A stretch of DNA of 64,000 bases from a virus. Every line of letters begins with the position of its first letter. Position 1 is the first letter of the stretch. Below are positions 56,034 to 64,000 of this stretch, piece by piece. Position numbers and translations under genes: made by a program. Location: the IMG/VR virus record IMGVR_UViG_3300050343_000218; one strand, given 5' to 3'. The notes under the pieces are model-generated. The model had not been told where the DNA came from. It made no database searches and worked only from the letters and a program-made list of their open reading frames with translations.

Positions 56034-56544
56034 ACTTACGGGATTCTATATTCAAGAATTCATAGAAGGCGTACTTAAAAGTAACTGTGCCTACTAAGTA
56101 TTCTACATCAGATGCTCCCACATTGAAAGGCAACGTAGAAAGTTGCGTGGGAAACAAACTGTCAAAATTAACAACGAAGTTAGCGTTGTAGTTATTTGTC
56201 AGCACGAAAAGCTGACCAGTACTGAACACTGCGTCATCGTCAGTGTCGGGTTCGTATGCGTTTGTAGTTTTAGTGATCCAGTTCCAGAGCGAAAGATAAT
56301 TTTTTAGATCTTCGTCAATTAGGAACGAGAGTGTTAGGTCATCGAATCGGGTTCCTCCTCCAGAGGGTACCGCTAGCGGTCTGCGAGGAGTATCAAATTC
56401 TGTAACTTGAGCTGTTGTGCCAGGGATTGAAGCGCTTTGACATAAGAAATCAACACCAGGAAAGATATCAAGTTTTAGCTTGAACCCAACAGGTGAAAGA
56501 TAGTTTCTATTGTCTAGTTGTTTGACGTGCCAATCGGCAGGCAT
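56023..56544 (-). CDS. gp3: Tail completion / tube terminator protein
   Basis: NYLSPVGF, FLCQSASIPG, FLIDEDLKNY, VTFKY. Confidence 0.85.
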   Translation of the reverse strand: MPADWHVKQLDNRNYLSPVGFKLKLDIFPGVDFLCQSASIPGTTAQVTEFDTPRRPLAVPSGGGTRFDDLTLSFLIDEDLKNYLSLWNWITKTTNAYEPDTDDDAVFSTGQLFVLTNNYNANFVVNFDSLFPTQLSTLPFNVGASDVEYLVGTVTFKYAFYEFLNIESRKYEP

Positions 56545-56575
56545 AACAATTCTCTGTCACTACTACTGTATTTAG

Positions 56576-56755
56576 TTACTTATTCAGAACCCAGTTTTCA
56601 GCAAACTCGTCTGCTTCTACCTCCCTATCAAATATTTTTTTCTCTAAAGTTTTTTCTAGAGTCTGTGTACATAGGACTTCAAATCCATTCCTGTTGTAAG
56701 TCACTATTGCGTGACGGTCTCCTTCGGGTGAGAAGAAATTCGAGAGGGTGAGCAT
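56576..56755 (-). CDS. Small hypothetical protein
   Basis: MLTLSNFFS...AENWVL; start reassigned to 56755. Confidence 0.55.
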   Translation of the reverse strand: MLTLSNFFSPEGDRHAIVTYNRNGFEVLCTQTLEKTLEKKIFDREVEADEFAENWVLNK

Positions 56756-56779
56756 AGGGATATAATAAGACCCATAATA

Positions 56780-56813
56780 ATTATACTCATAAAAAAGGAC
56801 CCTGCACGGGTCC
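56780..56813 (-). terminator. Terminator fused to -10 box
   Basis: GGACCC/GGGTCC hairpin, T6, then ATGAGTATAAT. Confidence 0.75.
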
Positions 56814-56818
56814 ATAAG

Positions 56819-56998
56819 TTACGTTAGAATTTCCCTACATATTCGTTTGCAATGCGGCGTGTCTCCTGCGCATTCAATTAAACATTCAAAGTAATCATTT
56901 AGTACCTCTACGTTTTCATCTTTGATATCTGCCAGACTGATTGTAGATGCGAAATGCTTCCATTCGTCTAGCTGACCGCGTGAAATAATGTTATGCAT
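56819..56998 (-). CDS. 59-aa Cys-containing protein (Cx3C-x6-Cx3C)
   Basis: Hand-translated MHNIISRGQLDEW...DYFECLIECAGDTPHCKRICREILT; SD AAGGT. Confidence 0.65.
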   Translation of the reverse strand: MHNIISRGQLDEWKHFASTISLADIKDENVEVLNDYFECLIECAGDTPHCKRICREILT

Positions 56999-57106
56999 AA
57001 GTTACCTTTTTAGTACGTCATAATGAAGTAGGTTTCATCTCATAAGTTTAACTCGTTATCTGCAGTATTTATGTCAGGGATGCCTGATATAGATAATTAT
57101 TTACAT

Positions 57107-57134
57107 AAAAAAAGACCCCCCGTGAGGGAGGTCT
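57107..57134 (-). terminator. gp23 terminator
   Basis: AGACCTCCC-TCAC-GGGGGGTCT plus T7. Confidence 0.8.
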
Positions 57135-57174
57135 GAAAGGACAGTCGGGGCAACCTGCCCCGCAACATCCTGGA

Positions 57175-58599
57175 TCACATAAGGTTGCGAACAAGTACAC
57201 GTCTGTAGTACTGGTTGCGTCCCTTGCCGTTCGTACCAAGAAGATCTTCGCCCACAGCAGAACCGTCTGCTTTGAACACGAAGGGGTTGGCGACCATACC
57301 GTAGCGGGTCTTGAAGCCAATCTTGGGTTGGAAGGATCCCTGATCCACAGCGCGGACCATCTGGAGGGGCACATATGGGCAGTAGAAGAGTCCTGCGTCA
57401 TATGCACTGCTACCCTTGTAACCAGCCACGTAGTAGTGGTCGTTAGCCAGGTTTGCAGAATAAGGATCCACATACACTTTCACGCCACCGTTGAGAGTAC
57501 CAACGAAGGTGTTACCAGTGTCATCGGGGAGACCGTTGGTTGACAGTGCAGGGGTGTAATCCAGCACGCCAGCCATATTCAGAGCGGAAGCAACATCAGC
57601 AGAGCAGAGGATGAAGTTGCCCTTCCCTCTACGAGTTTGCTGTGCAATAGCGTTGGCGTCACGCTCGATCTGATAGATCAGACCTTTGAACTTCTCAACA
57701 CTCCAACGTCCGTTGGAATCAGTGTCAAGGTTGAAGATGCCAGCGTTAGCAACGTTGTTCTGAGCACCGACCTTTGCCTGCATATACACAGTACGGATCA
57801 CTTCACGGTTGATCTCAGCCAAGATCTCAGAAGAGAGGATGTTGGCGAGTTCCGTTTCAGCATCCAGACCGTGGATTGCCTTAAGGTCTTGAGCAAGCTC
57901 AAGGGTGTACTCTGCTTTCAGAGCGCGTGATTTGGCGGTAACAGACACCTTGTCGATGCTGAATGCCATCTCGCGGAAGTCAGGTGAACCAGAGGTTCCC
58001 AGTGCTTCCAGGTAGTCACGTGAAGCGCCTTGAGCGTTCTCGTAACGCACGTCGCCAGAAGCGTACGTGGTGCTATCATTGAGGATAGCGGGGTTGTCGC
58101 CTTCAGCGTCGTTGTTAGCAGAAGCAGCTTGGTTAGAACCATCGCCACCGTTACCAGGACCAACGTAACCAGCGGTAGGATCGTAACCGCTGCCACCCTC
58201 GGCAGAGAAACCAGGGTTAGGCTCGTTGAACAATGCTTCAGCGCCACTACGATCGTTGTAGTGGGACTTCATTGCGAAGATGAGTCCAGTAGGACCGCTC
58301 ATTGGTTGAACGCCACACACGTCATATGCGACGAGGTTAGGCATTGCGCGGCGCATCAAGCTGATCAGGATTGGATCGAATCCAGCCAGACCTGAGGAAC
58401 CGTGAGAATTTTTAAGACCGTCAGCACCAACTGAGTTGATAGGTGCGGCTTCGTTTAGGAGAGCAGACTCGTTAAGGCAGCGCTCTTGGTTTTCGAGGAG
58501 TTGAGCAGTGACTTGACGACGGTGACCATCCTTAATAGGACTGTGATCGCCGTGGTCAAGAACAGGTGCCCACTTTTCCTGCAACTGATGGGTATCCAT
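57175..58599 (-). CDS. gp23: Major capsid protein
   Basis: LQEKWAPVL, GVQPMSGPTGLIFAM, AKSRALKAEY, CPYVPL, GFKTRYG. Confidence 0.99.
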   Translation of the reverse strand: MDTHQLQEKWAPVLDHGDHSPIKDGHRRQVTAQLLENQERCLNESALLNEAAPINSVGADGLKNSHGSSGLAGFDPILISLMRRAMPNLVAYDVCGVQPMSGPTGLIFAMKSHYNDRSGAEALFNEPNPGFSAEGGSGYDPTAGYVGPGNGGDGSNQAASANNDAEGDNPAILNDSTTYASGDVRYENAQGASRDYLEALGTSGSPDFREMAFSIDKVSVTAKSRALKAEYTLELAQDLKAIHGLDAETELANILSSEILAEINREVIRTVYMQAKVGAQNNVANAGIFNLDTDSNGRWSVEKFKGLIYQIERDANAIAQQTRRGKGNFILCSADVASALNMAGVLDYTPALSTNGLPDDTGNTFVGTLNGGVKVYVDPYSANLANDHYYVAGYKGSSAYDAGLFYCPYVPLQMVRAVDQGSFQPKIGFKTRYGMVANPFVFKADGSAVGEDLLGTNGKGRNQYYRRVLVRNLM

Positions 58600-58642
58600 T
58601 TGTTTGGGAAATTTGAGTTAACGTTTTTTATAATTTAATGAA

Positions 58643-59731
58643 TCACTTTTTGCCGAGTGCTTTCACATACGCCGCCATAGCGGGGTTAGCGAAGCTCTCA
58701 GTCAAACCTTCGACAGGTGTCTCAGTTTGCTCAGTGGCAATAGACTTGCCTTCAGAGAAGTAAGAACCTTTGATGGTGTTGAGTTTTTCTCTATATGTCT
58801 CTTCGTCCTTGAAAGAAACAGCTTCCGCGAGGGCAGCAAATTTTTCTTTCTGGGTGTCGGTGAGACCTTCACTCATTTCGGCAACAATGCCTTCACGAGA
58901 GAATTCAGAGATGCGATTAGACAGTTTCACATTCGCGTCAATTTGTTCGTTGAGGCGATCTTCCATTTCACGAAGGGAGACGTTCATTGATTCAAGAACA
59001 TCTTCTTTGCCCTCAGGCACATCAATATAATGGTCATCGAAGAGGGACTTGAGTCCACCAATAAAGGACTCGGTGAGTTCCACCTTCAAACCATTGTCGA
59101 TAGCAACTTGGTTCTCTTCGAGCCAACGCTCGGAAGTATACTTAAGCATACCATCGACTTCTTCTGCCAAGGAAGCACGAACTTTTTCGACTTCCTCGGC
59201 AAGCTTGGTGTTGTACTGTGCTTCCAGTTCCTCTACAATAGAACCAATCTTTGTTTTAACTGCTGCTTCAAAGATGGTTGCTGCTTTTGAGAGAAACTTC
59301 TCAGACAGTTGTTCGCCTTCTGCGAGTGCTGCAACGTCAGCACTGAGGTCAACTTCGATGTCCTCACGACGGGTGCCATAGGCAATTCCCTGATCCAGTT
59401 TTGGTTCAGAACCGTCTGGCAGATCAGTACCGTCACTACGTGTCTGACCATCTTTAGCAGCACCCAAGGTTGCATTGTCCTTGAGTTTGTTGCTATCGTC
59501 AGTAGACTTATTGTTAGTGGGGGTAGGACCACCTAGATCCTGAATTGCCTGACCAGGCACCAGGGATGGATCGAGTTTTCCAGGAGTTTGATCACCAGCT
59601 TCTGCCTTGGCATTCACTGCAGTTTTCGACTGAGTGGATGGTGCAGCGGGCTCCGAGCCAGGCACAGTGCTACTGGGAAGTTGCATTTCTGCAACCATCT
59701 CCTCAAATTTTTCGTTAATCAATTGGGACAT
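58643..59731 (-). CDS. gp22: Prohead core scaffold protein
   Basis: LSEKF..KAATIFEAAV, W.EEN, ESFIGGLK.LF. Confidence 0.93.
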   Translation of the reverse strand: MSQLINEKFEEMVAEMQLPSSTVPGSEPAAPSTQSKTAVNAKAEAGDQTPGKLDPSLVPGQAIQDLGGPTPTNNKSTDDSNKLKDNATLGAAKDGQTRSDGTDLPDGSEPKLDQGIAYGTRREDIEVDLSADVAALAEGEQLSEKFLSKAATIFEAAVKTKIGSIVEELEAQYNTKLAEEVEKVRASLAEEVDGMLKYTSERWLEENQVAIDNGLKVELTESFIGGLKSLFDDHYIDVPEGKEDVLESMNVSLREMEDRLNEQIDANVKLSNRISEFSREGIVAEMSEGLTDTQKEKFAALAEAVSFKDEETYREKLNTIKGSYFSEGKSIATEQTETPVEGLTESFANPAMAAYVKALGKK

Positions 59732-59776
59732 CGGGAGTTAACCTCTAAGCTTTTTATACTGTTGTATGTCTAGATT

Positions 59777-59784
59777 TATTTATA
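59777..59784 (-). promoter_or_regulatory. T4-type late promoter
   Basis: Exact TATAAATA upstream of gp22. Confidence 0.8.
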
Positions 59785-59786
59785 AA

Positions 59787-60431
59787 TTAAAGAGTGTTCA
59801 AGAAATCGTGAAACACTCTGAGTTTCCGCGTTTCTAATTCGCGGCGCTCACTCTCAGAAATGAACTTCTGATATTTAGCAACTTTTGACTCGTGAATGGC
59901 ACCGTTATTCCAGACCCATTCTTTACCTTCCATAATTCCATTGACGAAAGCATCAGGTGCGGAAGGATCGGCAACAATGTCAGCAGCGGTTGCTAACATA
60001 AAGTCGTCTTTAACGTAAGAAGTATTCTCACGACGGTCAACGGAACCAAGACCCCTAGATGACACGCCTAGTTTTACGCCTTCATCTAAAAGATTTCTTG
60101 CAATATTGCCCATAGGCGTATTCAAGATCTTTGCTTTACCAATAAAATTATTGCCTTCTCTCTTGAGAGAAACGATGCGATGCGATACGCGATCAAGATT
60201 AATGGTGGGACCATCTGGGTGACCTAGTTCACCAACAGCACGATTAGCTTGTACGTGCTCAGTGACATACTTATTCACTTCGCGCTCAAGAACGTTCATA
60301 GGATAGACCCTATTGTTACGGTTCTTAAGTTCCGCTTGAAGGAAGACACCTTCGATGTAATGATTTTTCTTACCATTAGATTCCTCTATGATAAGATTAA
60401 CCTCTTCAATCGTTTCCGTTATTAGTTTCAT
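59787..60431 (-). CDS. gp21: Prohead protease
   Basis: MKLITE, NRNNRVYP, GELGHP, GVSSRG, DIVADPSAPDA; start reassigned to 60431. Confidence 0.96.
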   Translation of the reverse strand: MKLITETIEEVNLIIEESNGKKNHYIEGVFLQAELKNRNNRVYPMNVLEREVNKYVTEHVQANRAVGELGHPDGPTINLDRVSHRIVSLKREGNNFIGKAKILNTPMGNIARNLLDEGVKLGVSSRGLGSVDRRENTSYVKDDFMLATAADIVADPSAPDAFVNGIMEGKEWVWNNGAIHESKVAKYQKFISESERRELETRKLRVFHDFLNTL

Positions 60432-60636
60432 CTGTTGTGGGTTCAGCAGTTGCTTCTGGTTCTGCGCCGACATCACCAAAATAAGATTTGGCAATGACAT
60501 CTGCATATGTGTCTAATGTCTCTGCGGATTTACCATAGAGCATTTGGTTAATCGCATCTACAGCTGCAGCGCGGTTGCCATCAGCAATAGCATCAACTGC
60601 CGCTCGTGCGGAAGCTTCGGGAGTCGTGTTTTCCAT
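60406..60636 (-). CDS. Small prohead core protein (gp67/gp68-like position)
   Basis: 76-aa acidic ORF between portal and protease. Confidence 0.55.
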   Translation of the reverse strand: MENTTPEASARAAVDAIADGNRAAAVDAINQMLYGKSAETLDTYADVIAKSYFGDVGAEPEATAEPTTDETNNGND

Positions 60637-60661
60637 TATTAAGAGACCAGAATAATATTAT

Positions 60662-62254
60662 TTAGCTATCTAAGTCGCTAGAACTTGCGCTTCCTAGATC
60701 AGGTTGGTTTTCGGGGAGTACTGCATCGATAGGAACAACGCTAGGAATGATACCAGCTGCTCTCTCTGCTTTGATCTGAGTTTCAATTTCTTTCCGTTCT
60801 TGATCACTCTGCTGAAGTACTTGCTTTTTGATGTACTCAGCTGAGAAGTAACGTCCCAGGTATGGTTCCATCTTGACAGCAAGATCCATACGATTGTTGT
60901 TAAGTTCCGCGTCTTTTAGTTCTTGGAAATGATTATCGAATAGGAAATCATATTGAATATGCTCACGCATATCCTCCCACTCTTCTACACTGATAACTCG
61001 CTTGAGAACAAGCTGAGTCTTCAGAAGATCATCAAATAGAACAGAAAACTTTTTGCGGAGACGACCAACAAACTTACCAAACTTAAGTTCATCACGGAGA
61101 ATTTCATTGCTTCTTCCGAGACTAAATCCTTTTTCGCCATCCAATCTACTTGGTGGTAAGTTGAGTGACTTGAATAATTTCGTTCTGAAATATTCTACAT
61201 CCTTGAGTTCACCAAGGTTTTGCCCGCCAGGAAGGGTGGAGATTTCGGTACCGCGCCCTCCCTCGCGGCGTGGAAGCCAGAAGTCTTCCAGCATAGACAT
61301 ATGCTTTTTGTCATCGCGAATCTCACCCGTGTTAGCATCATATACCAGCTTATTGCGATACCGATTCATTACATCGCGAAGGTATTGTTCTGCCTTAACT
61401 TTGGGCAGGTTACCAACATCGATGTAAAAAATTCTGCGCTCAGGTGCTCTACTCAAACGGTAGATAACCAAAGCATCTTCAATCATTCTCAACTGGTTAA
61501 GAGATTTGATTGCCTTGTGTAGGAATGAAAGACCAATCTTTTGATTGAGATCCATCAGTCCTGAATTGGTGTGAGCAATAGCATCCATCGCGATGCGGAT
61601 ACCTTTTTGCTCAGGTCCATTCATATTCAGGAAACCTTTTGGGTTATAGATGTAATACTCATCGTGGTTTCCAAAATCATAATCAAGAGCAGACGGTTCA
61701 GATCCACCATTAGCACGTCGTGCTGCGTTGGGATCCTTATCGTTCTTTCTGATCTCGCGCACTCTCTTGATCTTTAGGGGATCAATATAGCGAAGTTCGG
61801 TGATACCGAGTTTAGGACTATTGAGATCGATTACTTTGTGGTAGTGAAGTCTTCCATCAATATACCATCGACGAAAAATTTCGTGGGATTTACGATCAAA
61901 ATCAAGCAGACGCTTGACGTTCTCGAATTCCTCACGAATTTTTGTCTTGATATTATCTCCAACTTCAAGGTTAGACAATTCGATCTGAACTGGAGTATCA
62001 TCCAGATCGGAAATGATAGCTTCATTCACCACTTCATCGATAGCAGTATCGACTTCTGGGTGAAGTGCCATATCACGATAGCGGCGAATCAGCTCGTATT
62101 CATTACGAGACGATGCGCCGCCATCTAGGTCTACATATTGCCCAAAGTAACCACCAGCAATTGTGGTGATACTATCATCCTGTGATGGAGGGATCGGGGA
62201 CTGACCCTTCGGTCCCTCCTTTCTCTTAATAGAGAATCCAAATAATTGAGCCAT
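60662..62254 (-). CDS. gp20: Portal protein
   Basis: MAQLFGFSI, WYIDGR, APERRIFYIDVGNLPK, EDFWLPRREGGRGTEI. Confidence 0.99.
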   Translation of the reverse strand: MAQLFGFSIKRKEGPKGQSPIPPSQDDSITTIAGGYFGQYVDLDGGASSRNEYELIRRYRDMALHPEVDTAIDEVVNEAIISDLDDTPVQIELSNLEVGDNIKTKIREEFENVKRLLDFDRKSHEIFRRWYIDGRLHYHKVIDLNSPKLGITELRYIDPLKIKRVREIRKNDKDPNAARRANGGSEPSALDYDFGNHDEYYIYNPKGFLNMNGPEQKGIRIAMDAIAHTNSGLMDLNQKIGLSFLHKAIKSLNQLRMIEDALVIYRLSRAPERRIFYIDVGNLPKVKAEQYLRDVMNRYRNKLVYDANTGEIRDDKKHMSMLEDFWLPRREGGRGTEISTLPGGQNLGELKDVEYFRTKLFKSLNLPPSRLDGEKGFSLGRSNEILRDELKFGKFVGRLRKKFSVLFDDLLKTQLVLKRVISVEEWEDMREHIQYDFLFDNHFQELKDAELNNNRMDLAVKMEPYLGRYFSAEYIKKQVLQQSDQERKEIETQIKAERAAGIIPSVVPIDAVLPENQPDLGSASSSDLDS

Positions 62255-62295
62255 TATATTATGGAAAAATACCTAATACTAAGGTATTTATGCGA

Positions 62296-62880
62296 TCAAC
62301 TAATCTGGTTGTTGAACTCAGGGCCGTTGTCGCCAGCAGTCCAGTACTGAACTTGGAACTCAACGGTGAACTCTTCGATCTGATCATTGCTGTCATAAGC
62401 AAGATCGATCTGGGAGATCTGAGTAGGGAAACAACCCCACATCTTGTAGGTTCTGATCTTGTCGGACTCTTTACCAGAGCGACCCAACTGATGAACAATC
62501 AGGTTCTTGGTGTATCCTTCGGAACCACCACGTGGAAGGGTGAGATCAGCTACGTTATCTTCGTGTGCGTTGATGTTCTGAATCCACTCTTCAAACAACT
62601 GACGAAGTGCGAAGTCAGTATCGTTGAACAGGGTGATACTCCAGGTGTCGAAAGTTCTGTCACCAGCAACCTTCACGACGCGCCCACGGAAAGGAACGTC
62701 GATAACACCAATGTTTGATGCAGGAAGAGCAGCAGACTTGCACAAGAAAGAAGCTAGTTCTTTATCAGGAGAGGATGCTCCCAACCCAGTGGGCCAATCA
62801 AGATTGACACGGAATAGATTGGGTTTTACACCACTTTTTACTTTTGAAAGGAAGTCCTTTACGTTACTTGAGACTGGCAT
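62296..62880 (-). CDS. gp19: Tail tube protein
   Basis: KPNLF, VPFRGR..AGDRTFDTW, IEEFTVEF. Confidence 0.96.
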   Translation of the reverse strand: MPVSSNVKDFLSKVKSGVKPNLFRVNLDWPTGLGASSPDKELASFLCKSAALPASNIGVIDVPFRGRVVKVAGDRTFDTWSITLFNDTDFALRQLFEEWIQNINAHEDNVADLTLPRGGSEGYTKNLIVHQLGRSGKESDKIRTYKMWGCFPTQISQIDLAYDSNDQIEEFTVEFQVQYWTAGDNGPEFNNQIS

Positions 62881-62923
62881 TGGTTTTTATACCTCTATGA
62901 ATTTATTTAGAAAGAAAATTTGA

Positions 62924-64000
62924 TTATCTACCAACAATTTCATCGAAGCTAATACCGCTACGGGTAGCAACGAAGGTGATCGTAATGAAGTTGATGGAGC
63001 GCGAAGGCTTCAGGTAGATCTCGGCAACAAATTCGTTGCGGTCGATCACATCGCCCGTGTTGTTTGTCTCATCGCAAACGACTAGGTAATCAGTGATACC
63101 ACGACGTGCTTGGACTTCACGGAGGAAACCGCCAACAGCGTTAGCGAAAGAAGAACGAGTAATTTCATCGTTCAAATCAAACAGAACGTTCTTACCAAGA
63201 TTCTCAACTTGTCTTTCGACAGTCAAGAACAAACGGCGAACATTGATACGGTCGAATGCGGAAGGAGTGCTGAGAGCAGTCTTATCACCATAGAGGACGG
63301 TACCGCGACCAGGGAATGTCGAGATTGGGTTGATACGTGCTTGGTACAGCTTGTCACGATCTGACTTAGCAGGGGTGTAAGCAAGCTTGATGACACCACG
63401 GAGAACACCGCGAGTGAAACCAGCAGGTGAGAACCAAGGATCCAGATCTGCACCCGTCTCAACACAGAGACCAGCAACGTCGCCGTTGCAAGGTACGTAA
63501 CGATAAGTATCGTTGAAACGATCGTAGACATACTTCCAACCGCTATCAAACACAGCGTAAGAAGTAGGAGATCCAACGCCATCGAAGAAGTCGATTACGT
63601 TATCTCTTTGCTGCTCCACACTAGCGGCAAGCGTGCCAATCACGGCTGCCTTGTAAGGAGAAACAAATGCCATACAATCCTTTCTGCTAGAAGCGATGTT
63701 GATGCACTTCTGAGCAACTGTGATCGAGTCAACGCGAGTACTGAGTAGAGGACCAGCAAGGACATAATCAAGATTGATTGCTTCTGTATCAGCGAAGTAA
63801 TCGTAACCAGAGGTAAGATCGCCAGCATCAACGTTGTAACCATCCACGCCACCAGCAAGGGTGTAGGACTGGTAACCCAGCATTGTGTAGTTGCGACCGT
63901 CTTGGATGCCGCTGCCCCAGATGCCAGTGGTGTAACCAGCGTAGCTAGCGGTAACGTTAGTGCTGTCGTGCTTACCGAAGTACAGGTACTCGGAAGCAAA
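62924..64000 (-). CDS. gp18: Tail sheath protein (N-terminus beyond window)
   Basis: DSGWKYVYDRFND, WFSPAG, RINPI, FDRINVRRLF, INFITI; frame open from 64000. Confidence 0.97.
   Translation of the reverse strand, partial: FASEYLYFGKHDSTNVTASYAGYTTGIWGSGIQDGRNYTMLGYQSYTLAGGVDGYNVDAGDLTSGYDYFADTEAINLDYVLAGPLLSTRVDSITVAQKCINIASSRKDCMAFVSPYKAAVIGTLAASVEQQRDNVIDFFDGVGSPTSYAVFDSGWKYVYDRFNDTYRYVPCNGDVAGLCVETGADLDPWFSPAGFTRGVLRGVIKLAYTPAKSDRDKLYQARINPISTFPGRGTVLYGDKTALSTPSAFDRINVRRLFLTVERQVENLGKNVLFDLNDEITRSSFANAVGGFLREVQARRGITDYLVVCDETNNTGDVIDRNEFVAEIYLKPSRSINFITITFVATRSGISFDEIVGR

Noticed and set aside
56819-56998. CP12 assignment for the Cys protein
   Set aside because: Lacks AWD.VEEL and the C-terminal CP12 Cys motif
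57201-57473. Upstream part of the 134-aa +1-frame ORF inside gp23
   Set aside because: Looks like an off-frame by-product of gp23 codons; only the Cys block at its end is retained as a finding
60432-60506. N-terminal extension of gp21
   Set aside because: Overlaps upstream gene; MKLITE is the typical start
1-64000. Stop-codon reassignment
   Set aside because: Core genes are full length in the standard code; no suppressor tRNA seen

Overview
64-kb segment of a T4-like (Kyanoviridae-type) cyanophage genome, most likely infecting marine Synechococcus (psbA plus psbD, D1 with the C-terminal extension, cpeT, hli, talC). Essentially every gene is on the minus strand. Read in transcription order (high to low coordinates): head/tail structural module (gp18 partial, gp19, gp20, gp21, gp22, gp23, gp3), uvsY/uvsW, late sigma gp55, gp47/gp46, a CobT-like vWA + CobS-like AAA+ pair, replication genes (gp45, gp44, dam, gp62, regA, hsp20, gp43, uvsX, gp41, mazG), probable virion-associated proteins, primase, nrdA/nrdB, tRNA-Arg(UCU), and an auxiliary-metabolic region (talC, cpeT, hli x2, carbamoyltransferase, psbA, psbD, glutaredoxin, thyX, phoH, exonuclease partial). 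Nine predicted 2OG-Fe(II) oxygenases are scattered through it. I saw no introns, inteins, IS elements or CRISPR arrays. Best leads: (1) a glutamine-riboswitch-like RNA at 5748-5977 whose halves are split so that a whole 55-aa ORF sits inside a helix, apparently forming two aptamer junctions upstream of a DUF4278-like peptide gene; (2) a CCGxGCxxCPF motif in the +1 frame across the gp23 stop codon; (3) a consensus sigma70 promoter firing antisense into the uvsW operon; (4) HLR1-like (RpaB) repeats at hli and psbA; (5) a ROSE-like hairpin on hsp20. All family names come from motif recognition by eye; no database search was run.
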